Of a stretch of DNA of 34,079 nt, positions 27,164 to 34,079 are shown in pieces. The position numbers and the translations under genes are program-made. The notes under the pieces were generated by a model. It worked only from the letters and a program-made list of their open reading frames with translations. It did no database searches and was not told the origin of the DNA. Position 1 is the stretch's first letter, and every line of letters begins with the position of its first letter. Origin of the DNA: Treponematales bacterium (lineage in GTDB: Bacteria; Spirochaetota; Spirochaetia; Treponematales; UBA12059); contig JBGSKZ010000251.1 in the NCBI GenBank assembly GCA_041741035.1, positions 1-34,079 of the forward strand, read 5' to 3'.

Positions 27164-27208
27164 TCGGGCTGGGCGGATTCGAACCGCCGGTCTCTTGGTC
27201 CCGAACCA
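27164..27208 (-). pseudogene. orphan 3' 45 nt of tRNA-Pro(CGG) (att-like direct repeat)
   Basis: TCGGGCTGGGCGGATTCGAACCGCCGGTCTCTTGGTCCCGAACCA is identical to 33157..33201 of the intact tRNA-Pro. Identity ends at 27208, and the 5' half of the tRNA is absent. Confidence 0.85.
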
Positions 27209-27583
27209 CTGCTTACGCAAAGACAATCGAAAATATTCCATATTATACAACGAATTAGCTGGCGGGTCAATAACAAGTGAAAATAGAATATTTCATATTC
27301 GTTAACGTTTTTGTTGACGTTTATTGACAATGCAGAGTCAGGGAATAAAGCAATTAGGTAATGGTTCTAGGAACAGGGGCTCGGGCGCTATCAAGAGCTT
27401 GTAGTATGCGGCAGGGTTGGGGTTTTGTATAGCGGAGAATGGGGAAGTTTAGTGCAGTTCCTTAATGCTTGTTACAGTAAATATTCAGCATATTTTGAAA
27501 TAGACTATTGTGTTAATGCAAAAATAGCACCATAATTGCATTAGTGATAAGTGCTATTTCTAGAATTGAGAAAGGAGAAGGGG

Positions 27584-28741
27584 ATGCATGAGAGATCGAG
27601 CGGGCGCTATGTCGATATCTCCGTAGCGGGAGAAAAGGCTTGCGCCTTCATTCCGGCTCCCCTCCCTCCAGCAATTTCGCCCTCCCCCGGGCTGCGGCGG
27701 AAGCTGGACGAGGCTCTCCACGCGCTTGGAGGACTTTCCGCCGCCACGCCATTTTTCCCCGACCGCGCCCTTCTTCTCTACCTTTATGTACGGAAAGAGG
27801 CGGTGCTCTCATCGCAGATCGAGGGGACGCAGTCGAGTCTAGCCGACCTGCTGCTCTACGAGCAGGAAGCCATGCCGGGCGTGCCAATCGACGATGTCGA
27901 GGAAGTATCGAGTTACGTAGCCGCGTTGAATTATGGATTCGAGCGCCTTCGTGGGGGAATGCCCCTGTCCAAGCGCCTCCTAAGGGATATCCATAGGATA
28001 CTACTCTCGACCGGGCGTGGCTCAGATATGACGCCGGGAGAGTTCAGGAGGGTCCAGAACTGGGTGGGCGGGACATCGCCATCGCGGGCTTCCCACGTTC
28101 CGCCTCCCCCAGAGGAGGTGGAGCCCTGCATGGATGCCCTTGAGAGCTACTTCCATTCCCCTGAAGCGGAAGACGCGCCGCTCCTCTCGGCCGCTTTTGC
28201 CCATGTCCAGTTCGAGACCATCCATCCCTTCTTAGACGGTAACGGCAGGGTAGGCCGACTTCTTATCGCCCTTATACTCACTGAGGCAGGCCTCCTGACT
28301 GAGCCCATTCTCTACCTCTCCCTCTATTTCAAGTCCCACCGCGACGAGTACTTTCGCCTGCTTAATGGCGTACGCGCCGAGGGCGGATGGGAGCCTTGGC
28401 TCGAGTTCTTCGCCACGGCGACGAGGGACTGCGCCCGCCAGGCAGTAGAGACGGCCCATCGCGTCACGGTCCTCATCCAAGCGGACCGGGAGCGTCTTTC
28501 TACTCTTGGCCGGGCTATGCCCAAGGCGCTAGCCATTTTCGAGCTTTTCCGCACGAGCCTCACGAGAACCATCGCCCAGCTGAGCAAGGCGACCGGGTTC
28601 TCCCCCAACACCGTGGCGAGCGCGATAGCCGACCTTGAAGGACTCGGGATACTGCGCGAGCTTACGGGCAAGAAACGCGACCGGGTCTATGTATACGCGC
28701 CTCTCCTCGACGTGCTGGAGGAGGGGACCGAACCATTGTGA
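27584..28741 (+). CDS. Fic-family protein (class II, N-terminal inhibitory helix; predicted AMPylase) with a C-terminal wHTH-like region
   Basis: Fic motif: HPFLDGNGRVGRLL (HxFx[D/E]GNGRxxR). Inhibitory motif: SSQIEG ([S/T]xxxE[G/N]) upstream. ATG 27584 is preferred (AAGGAGAAGGGG just upstream) over the track GTG 27551. Confidence 0.9.
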   Translation: MHERSSGRYVDISVAGEKACAFIPAPLPPAISPSPGLRRKLDEALHALGGLSAATPFFPDRALLLYLYVRKEAVLSSQIEGTQSSLADLLLYEQEAMPGVPIDDVEEVSSYVAALNYGFERLRGGMPLSKRLLRDIHRILLSTGRGSDMTPGEFRRVQNWVGGTSPSRASHVPPPPEEVEPCMDALESYFHSPEAEDAPLLSAAFAHVQFETIHPFLDGNGRVGRLLIALILTEAGLLTEPILYLSLYFKSHRDEYFRLLNGVRAEGGWEPWLEFFATATRDCARQAVETAHRVTVLIQADRERLSTLGRAMPKALAIFELFRTSLTRTIAQLSKATGFSPNTVASAIADLEGLGILRELTGKKRDRVYVYAPLLDVLEEGTEPL

Positions 28742-28940
28742 AAAGGATGATAGCACGACGAGCATATGGAGCAGCTTTCTGCCTGCGGAGTTTAAAAACA
28801 TACTATACTGAGTAGAAAGGTCTGGCTGTAGGAACCAAACTTATATAACAAGAACTCAGGAGAATCTGGAGCGGTTAAATAATACTAAAGCCTGAAAAAC
28901 CGGAATAATAAGGTCGTTCAATGATGAAGAGAAGATCATT

Positions 28941-30191
28941 ATGAGCAAGTCTATAGCTCTCGCTGTCATCTGTCTTAGCACCTTTGTCTACTTTTCCTGC
29001 CTCTCTACAGAGGCTGCCCATACCTACAAGGAGTTAGCGCCGGACATAGCCCCCCATATGGTGTCCATGGATTCAGTCCCTGATTCTCCTCAGAATAGAG
29101 ACATGCGCTATCTTTACGATCAAATGATGGGAACTTACCCCTTCCTCCCTATGCTCAAGCGTGCAGGCATAGACTGGGAACAACGCGCCAAAGACCGCCT
29201 CTCCCGCGATTATTCTGACTATGGTATCCACAGTGACATCTTTCGTAAAACCCTGGATGGCCTCATGGCTGGCGCGCTCGGTCCCTATGGGCACGCAAGG
29301 ATACTTTCCAGCTATGACTATGCCGTCCGTGGCGGGGGCGGTGATTGGGATGAATCCGCTCCGGATTTACCTAAAAAAAGGGCCATGGCCTTCGATCCTG
29401 AGGGACCTTACAAGGACGCAAAGATCCGCGCCCAGATCGGGGGGCCGGTTCTTCCTCCTATGGATCTCTCTATGGAGGATCGAAGCGATTATCTCTACCT
29501 TCGGGTCAAGAGTTTCTCGCTGGCTCCTTCCCAAATGGCCGATTGGAACGATCGAATCTTTTCCTTTTACCGCGACTATTCGGCATATGGAAAGCCGGTC
29601 ATCATCGACATCCGCGGAAATGGAGGCGGCCTTGGATCAGCCATTGCTATACTCTTCGCACCATTCCTGAATGAAGCACGAGGCGCATCCTTTCGCATCC
29701 TGTTCCGAGATAGTCCCCTGACGAGGGAATGGACGGAGGGCTTGGAAGGGATTATGCCTATTACTGAGATATCCGGCCCCATCGCCCATCCTGATGACCT
29801 TGCATCCTTTGACTATTTTGTTAACTTTACCTTTTTCATGGAACCCCTTGACGGCTCAGCCTCCATTCCCCACGGTCCCCTCTACATCATTCAGGATAGG
29901 GGCTGTTTCTCCGCTTCCGACGCTCTCCTTTCATGGGTAAAAGCCACCGGTTTCGCGACCATCGTAGGTGTTGAGAACTCAGGGGGCGATGGGATTCTCT
30001 TCCCCCCTCTCTATTTTAAGCTTCCAAACTCCGGATTCATCGCCAACATCTCTTGGAGTTGTGGCCTCAATCCCGATGGAACTTACAATAATGAGGTGGG
30101 TACGGCTCCTGACATCCTCATCGCCGCGGGCGAAGACCCCATACAAGCCTGCATCAAGGATTTCCTTGGAAAGGGCGTTTTCGTCCCCTGA
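28941..30191 (+). CDS. secreted S41-family (tail-specific/C-terminal processing-like) peptidase
   Basis: Signal peptide: MSKSIALAVICLSTFVYFSCLSTEA. Motifs: VIIDIRGNGGGLGS and RGCFSASDALLSWVKA (Ser nucleophile context), typical of S41. Confidence 0.75.
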   Translation: MSKSIALAVICLSTFVYFSCLSTEAAHTYKELAPDIAPHMVSMDSVPDSPQNRDMRYLYDQMMGTYPFLPMLKRAGIDWEQRAKDRLSRDYSDYGIHSDIFRKTLDGLMAGALGPYGHARILSSYDYAVRGGGGDWDESAPDLPKKRAMAFDPEGPYKDAKIRAQIGGPVLPPMDLSMEDRSDYLYLRVKSFSLAPSQMADWNDRIFSFYRDYSAYGKPVIIDIRGNGGGLGSAIAILFAPFLNEARGASFRILFRDSPLTREWTEGLEGIMPITEISGPIAHPDDLASFDYFVNFTFFMEPLDGSASIPHGPLYIIQDRGCFSASDALLSWVKATGFATIVGVENSGGDGILFPPLYFKLPNSGFIANISWSCGLNPDGTYNNEVGTAPDILIAAGEDPIQACIKDFLGKGVFVP

Positions 30192-30365
30192 TCGCATGAT
30201 GGAGCCCATGTTCCGAAACCACGGACTTTTGGAACGAGAATAAGGAAGGACCATTGGAATTGTCCGCGATTTCGTTAAAAATTGGGCGAATTTAGCGTAG
30301 GTAATATAGTTAAATGGATTGCCGAAGAGCTCTGTAAGGTCTGCTATGCCCAGAGGATAGCGAAT

Positions 30366-30640
30366 GGTAATCCCATCCTCTACCTCTCCCCCTATTTTTT
30401 GTCCCACCGCGCCGAGTACTATCGCCTGCTCAATGGCGTACGCGCCGAGGGCGGATGGGAGCTTTGGATCGAGTTCTTCGCCACGGCGACGAGGGATTGC
30501 GCCCGCCAGGCAGTAGAGACGGCTCATCGCGTCCCGGTCCTCATCCAAGCGGACCGGGAGCGTCTTTCTACGCTCGGTCGAGCTATGCCCAAGGCTCTAG
30601 CCATCTTCGAGCTTTTCCGTACGAGCCTCATGAGAACCAT
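30366..30640 (+). pseudogene. internal fragment of a second Fic-family gene
   Basis: NPILYLSPYFLSHRAEYYRLLNGVRAEGGWELWIEFFATATRDCARQAVETAHRVPVLIQADRERLSTLGRAMPKALAIFELFRTSLMRT closely parallels Fic residues encoded at about 28300-28570. It lacks both the Fic catalytic motif region and the C-terminus. Confidence 0.8.
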
Positions 30641-30739
30641 ACGATTAGTAAGCATAAAGATCGGCGCGCCGCTTACTCTTAGCTCGCCGGTCTTTACTGG
30701 TTTTATAATTATTATGTTATCAGCTTATTATAATAAATA

Positions 30740-31045
30740 TTAAGATGAAGACTCGGGCGATATCAGTACAGCTTCGCGCATGAGTTCCGGAGTTACCTGT
30801 TTGGCTAGTATGAGGTACAGAGATCCCGTGCTTGCTAAGTTGATAGTCTTATCCATTCGTGCTTGAACGGTTTCCGGGCGGAGCTTCCACATGGCGCCCG
30901 TTAGCGGATCGACGATGAGCCAGCCTATGAATCCTCCCAGCAGGAAATTCCCCGCGATGTACCAGCCGCCCTCAAGCGAGCCCGATATCCAGATTTCTTT
31001 CTTATCATAGCCTGGGGATGCGAACTCGATCCGGTAACGGTCTGA
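30740..31045 (-). pseudogene. 5'-truncated remnant of a small membrane/lipoprotein-like gene
   Basis: Open frame with no start codon: SDRYRIEFASPGYDKKEIWISGSLEGGWYIAGNFLLGGFIGWLIVDPLTGAMWKLRPETVQARMDK...*. A stop lies directly upstream (TAA 31046-31048 on -). No ATG/GTG/TTG occurs before the Met of GAMWKL. Confidence 0.4.
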
Positions 31046-31201
31046 TTAAAGGAATCCATCCTAAACAGAATGAATATCATGGTTTTACAAAGCATGTCGG
31101 CTCGTCGCTTGAGAAGCACAATAGTTTGTGCTCCTATTTTTTCTTGACAGGATTATAGCGGCCATCTATGCTTTTAATCAGGAATTATACATTGAGGAAT
31201 T

Positions 31202-31798
31202 ATGAATAAATTACTTGCGCTTTTGTTATTGATGCTTGCGCTATCTTTGGTTCCATTGGCCGCTCAGGGTAATGATTTTTACGTCGAATTTGCCGAGTTC
31301 GGCGGTCCTGTAGTGCCTACGCTCAGCCGTATCCTTGTCGCGATCCCTGTTGAAATGGTCTGGGAAACTCCATTGGCTCGAAGATTCGGCGTTGAGATTT
31401 GGTATATGGCATACTCGCCCTATCTCTGGCCAGATTTATTCTTGGAACTAGGCGCTCAGCTAAACTACTATGCAATTCTTCGTGAGCGGTCTTCGCTCCA
31501 GATAAGCCTAGGTACGGCGTACGAGTACTTTGGGGGAGCCTTTGGAGTACCCTTTAAGGCTGGGTTAAGATGGGAAATTGGCTTGCCTATGCAACTTTGG
31601 ACCGGCCTCGCGTTTGAAGTGCTATTGTGGCCAGGTTCTGGAGGAGTCGAGCTGACTATACCCCTCCGGCTTCGATTGGTTTCGGGTCTCGATTTGTCTT
31701 TTCTTCCTGGAGTAACTGCCTATACCGACCTGGATAGATTTATCGTTAATCCAAGGATTGCTTTAGCAGTTGGCTACCGGTTCAAGGTGTCTAAATGA
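31202..31798 (+). CDS. small secreted protein, possibly an outer-membrane beta-barrel
   Basis: Signal peptide: MNKLLALLLLMLALSLVPLAA-QG. Alternating hydrophobic pattern. Aromatic-rich C-terminus: LAVGYRFKVSK. Confidence 0.65.
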   Translation: MNKLLALLLLMLALSLVPLAAQGNDFYVEFAEFGGPVVPTLSRILVAIPVEMVWETPLARRFGVEIWYMAYSPYLWPDLFLELGAQLNYYAILRERSSLQISLGTAYEYFGGAFGVPFKAGLRWEIGLPMQLWTGLAFEVLLWPGSGGVELTIPLRLRLVSGLDLSFLPGVTAYTDLDRFIVNPRIALAVGYRFKVSK

Positions 31799-32886
31799 AA
31801 CATACCTATGCGCTTATAGCTATTCTTTCTGCCTTGCTTGTTTCTTGTGGAGAAATGCCATTTTATCGTTCTGGAGCTACCCTCGGTCGCTTGACCTTTG
31901 TTACGAGCGATGGAACCGCGCGATCAGCAAGCAGAGGCACTATAGTTGGCTCTGCATCGTCAAGGATGGTTACCGATCCATCCATGGATTATGTAAGCGG
32001 CTTCTATAGTACCTACGGTACGCTTGTTGGCACATACACACCAACAGCCGTGGTGCTTCCAATAGAGCTTGGCGAGATACTCCTGCTTGACGAGGGTAAT
32101 CCTTTCGGGAATATTTTCATACGGAGTCCGGATATCGCTGCTCTTGACGATCCGAGCCAGTTTCTAGCTGATTTTGGCTCGCCTGTTGCCTCGAATTTTA
32201 TAAGCTTGCCGCAGGGTAGCTATGACAAGCTTGAGCTTCGTTTCATGGCAGGACATGGCGTTCACGTCGGGAGAGGCAATCCAAACAGGCCAGACCATAC
32301 GACATGGACTGAGAACCAGATTACCGTCGAACTTCCCGGCTACGGTGGAGCGTTAAGCGATATAGCTTCACGGCTTCCTGTCGAAATAGGTGAGTATATC
32401 TTCGAAGAAGATTTCACATTCAGCTTTTCGGGCGACTTTAGCGCCGAAGGATACCTCGACCAACTCAAGAGGGAGGTTTTCATCCCCGAGCCAGGCCGGT
32501 ACTTCGAACGGAAGGCGCAAGTAGGCGATCTCTATACTTTTACACTTCAGTATCTCTACCCTCGCCAGGTTCCGGCCTCTCAGAAGTATCAGCCTGACTC
32601 TGACACCCATTATGTAGAGTGGCATGTATTCACAAACCAAGTTCCCATGGCACGGACGGCTGAAGACCGGGAATTCGACTACAATACCGATACCCTTCTC
32701 ATGCCCATGGATCCGATTACGCTGTCGCTCGTACGCAAGAAGGCTACTATTGTCGTTTCGCTTGATACCAAGGACTTGATAGAAGTTTATGATAACGGCA
32801 CAGATTTAGATAAGTCAGACGACATCATTGTGCTAGCAGACAAGTACTGGGAGCGTTTCTCGGTCTCTTTGACATATGGAGATTAG
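31795..32886 (+). CDS. lipoprotein, function unknown
   Basis: Lipobox: ILSALLVSC. Its ATG overlaps the upstream TGA as ATGA, implying co-translation with 31202..31798. Stop TAG 32884-32886. Confidence 0.75.
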   Translation: MKHTYALIAILSALLVSCGEMPFYRSGATLGRLTFVTSDGTARSASRGTIVGSASSRMVTDPSMDYVSGFYSTYGTLVGTYTPTAVVLPIELGEILLLDEGNPFGNIFIRSPDIAALDDPSQFLADFGSPVASNFISLPQGSYDKLELRFMAGHGVHVGRGNPNRPDHTTWTENQITVELPGYGGALSDIASRLPVEIGEYIFEEDFTFSFSGDFSAEGYLDQLKREVFIPEPGRYFERKAQVGDLYTFTLQYLYPRQVPASQKYQPDSDTHYVEWHVFTNQVPMARTAEDREFDYNTDTLLMPMDPITLSLVRKKATIVVSLDTKDLIEVYDNGTDLDKSDDIIVLADKYWERFSVSLTYGD

Positions 32887-32964
32887 AGATAGAAACCCAG
32901 TGCAAATATTCAAGTACAATGGTGCTGACTAACGCTGGTTTATAAGTCAGCAACTTTCTAGTAT

Positions 32965-33104
32965 CGGGCTGGGCGGATTCGGCTTCCGCGCGTCGACATC
33001 CTGTCGACAGCGCTCCAGCCCGCCTCGCTCGCTGACGGTGCCATCCCTGGCACCTTTTCGCCGCTACCGCGGCGCGCTCGCTCGGTTCGAATACGTCCAG
33101 CCCG
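32965..33104. repeat. tRNA-Pro-3'-end-derived repeat, unit A' (copy of 26781..26919)
   Basis: It starts CGGGCTGGGCGGATTCGG and ends CGGTTCGAATACGTCCAGCCCG. It differs from unit A mainly by paired (compensatory) changes in two hairpin stems. It lies 193 nt before the tRNA-Pro 3' end. Confidence 0.8.
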
Positions 33105-33111
33105 TGCGGAT

Positions 33112-33153
33112 ATAAAAAAAGCGGGTCACCCGATAAGGTGACCCGCTGTTTTT
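33112..33153 (-). terminator. intrinsic terminator downstream of tRNA-Pro
   Basis: On the - strand: AAAAACAGCGGGTCACC-TTATCG-GGTGACCCGCTTTTTTT. Confidence 0.7.
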
Positions 33154-33156
33154 ACG

Positions 33157-33229
33157 TCGGGCTGGGCGGATTCGAACCGCCGGTCTCTTGGTCCCGAACC
33201 AAGCGCGCTAGCCTCTGCGCTACAGCCCG
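33157..33229 (-). tRNA. tRNA-Pro (anticodon CGG)
   Basis: The - strand folds as CGGGCTG TA GCGC AGAGGCTA GCGC G CTTGG TTCGGGA CCAAG AGACC GGCGG TTCGAAT CCGCC CAGCCCG A. This is a full cloverleaf with G37. CCA is not encoded. Confidence 0.9.
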
Positions 33230-33232
33230 TAA

Positions 33233-33261
33233 AAGAAAAAACCCGCGCAGGGCGCGGGTTT
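33233..33261 (-). terminator. hairpin plus T-run between tRNA-Asp and tRNA-Pro
   Basis: On the - strand: AAACCCGCGC-CCT-GCGCGGGTTTTTTCTTTT. Confidence 0.55.
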
Positions 33262-33335
33262 CGGGAGCGACGGGGATTGAACCCGCGATCTCCGGCTTGA
33301 CAGGCCGGCGCGATAACCAGCTTCGCTACGCCCCC
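33262..33335 (-). tRNA. tRNA-Asp (anticodon GTC)
   Basis: The - strand folds as GGGGGCG TA GCGA AGCTGGTTA TCGC G CCGGC CTGTCAA GCCGG AGATC GCGGG TTCAATC CCCGT CGCTCCC G. The discriminator is G. CCA is not encoded. Confidence 0.9.
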
Positions 33336-33356
33336 ACGTCATCGCTGACAGGCGGC

Positions 33357-33386
33357 ACTATACCGAGCGCGGGGCGTTCGTGTCAA
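33357..33386 (-). promoter_or_regulatory. sigma70-like promoter for the tRNA-Asp/tRNA-Pro unit
   Basis: On the - strand: TTGACA (33386-33381), an 18-nt spacer, TATAGT (33362-33357). This lies about 21 nt upstream of the mature tRNA-Asp 5' end. Confidence 0.6.
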
Positions 33387-33391
33387 GCGCC

Positions 33392-34079
33392 TTAGCTGTC
33401 GCCGCGCGGAAATTTCGTTTCGCCGCGGGGAGGGCGGGGTTTGCCCGTCCTCCCGCCGTGTGGGGGCTTGGGGCTGCGGCCGTCGCTGGGTTTGTGGTAA
33501 GGGCGCGGCGGGCGTTTTGGGGCTTCCCCGGGCGCTTTATGATTTTCCTGCGGCGCTTTTTGGGTTTGATGAGGTGCTTTTGGTGACCTGCCGTAGCTGT
33601 GCTTAGCAGGCGGGGAGGAGGCTGCGGGCTTTAAGGCGGCTTCCGGCTGCCGCTGGGGCAGTGGGGCCGGGGTCATGGAGCTAAAGGCGCGTATGATGAC
33701 GGCGCCGGACTTGGCGTCGCGCTCGCCGTTTATGCCGGGCAGGGGGGCGTCCAGCAGGGCGAGGCTGCCTGAGGGCAGGTCGGCCAGGCTACCGCGTACG
33801 AGGCTGTAGCCGGTTTTGCAGCAGGCGTAGCGGCCGAAGCCGCCGTCGGGCAGGCGGAAGTGGTCGGAAATTATGCGTATGCCGCCCTGCTCGGCGTCTT
33901 TGGGCGGGCTTTTGGGCCTGGCGTAGAGATAGGAGGCTACGAGGCGGTCCTTGGGCAGGCCTACGGACTCGCTGAATTTGATGAGGCGGTCGGGCGCGGC
34001 GTCCGAGGGCAGGGCAAAGTGGCACCAGGGGGCTTTTACGCGGCCGCGGGCGCTCAGCACGCGCTCCAGGGGCGGCCTG
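33392..34079 (-). CDS. 3' part of a CDS continuing beyond the window; globular domain followed by a Pro/Lys/Gly-rich basic tail; function unknown
   Basis: The frame is open from the window edge to TAA 33392-33394. The last 90 or so residues are low complexity (PQRQPEAALKPAASSPPAKH...KPPHGGRTGKPRPPRGETKFPRGDS). Confidence 0.6.
   Translation of the reverse strand, partial: RPPLERVLSARGRVKAPWCHFALPSDAAPDRLIKFSESVGLPKDRLVASYLYARPKSPPKDAEQGGIRIISDHFRLPDGGFGRYACCKTGYSLVRGSLADLPSGSLALLDAPLPGINGERDAKSGAVIIRAFSSMTPAPLPQRQPEAALKPAASSPPAKHSYGRSPKAPHQTQKAPQENHKAPGEAPKRPPRPYHKPSDGRSPKPPHGGRTGKPRPPRGETKFPRGDS

Noticed and set aside
26732-27258. A 172-aa (-) ORF and a 134-aa (+) ORF running through the tRNA-derived repeats, and 33138..33395 (+) running through the two tRNA genes.
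   Set aside because: They cross terminator hairpins and tRNA sequence, are Arg-rich and repetitive only because the DNA is repeated, and have no RBS. The E. coli tpr-like analogy was noted, but nothing supports translation.
27209-32964. An integrase, excisionase or transposase that would mobilise the tRNA-Pro island.
   Set aside because: All six frames were read and no tyrosine/serine recombinase or DDE motifs were found. The island is therefore described as integrase-less rather than assigned to an element family.
33392-33660. The Pro/Lys/Gly-rich C-terminal region as a nucleotide tandem repeat.
   Set aside because: It shows only compositional bias (PK, PP and GR dipeptides) with no fixed-period DNA repeat.

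Overview
GC-rich bacterial chromosomal segment with a mosaic structure. (i) 1-6.0 kb: a NUDIX-HIT fusion gene (-) diverges from an apparent operon (+) encoding a cysteine-rich Fe-S protein, a radical SAM protein and a secreted glycosidase-like protein. (ii) About 6.27-25.9 kb: a block that looks lower in G+C by eye and holds almost only signal-transduction genes. It contains a REC-PAS gene and a CheB/CheR-PAS-histidine-kinase gene on +, a 5'-truncated IS3-family remnant, and a nine-gene, translationally coupled Wsp-like chemosensory operon on - (cheW, cheR-TPR, mcp, cheW, cheA-REC, cheB, hybrid HK-Hpt, REC-HD-GYP, REC-PAS-HK). A heavily decayed PAS-HK pseudogene and a solo IS3-type terminal repeat follow. 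(iii) 26.8-33.4 kb: a tRNA-Asp/tRNA-Pro locus. A duplicated 45-nt 3' half of tRNA-Pro bounds a 5.8 kb patchy, AT-rich island carrying a class II Fic gene, an S41 peptidase, an OMP/lipoprotein pair and gene fragments. Both island ends carry 192-nt-periodic repeats built from the tRNA-Pro 3' end. Most unusual observations: three otherwise intact signalling genes are each interrupted by a single in-frame TAG, with conserved motifs continuing across it, and some terminal TAGs are followed in frame by a TGA that overlaps the next start codon. The che operon is bracketed by outward-facing IS3-type termini. The tRNA-derived repeats show compensatory base changes in their hairpins. No rRNA and no CRISPR array were seen.
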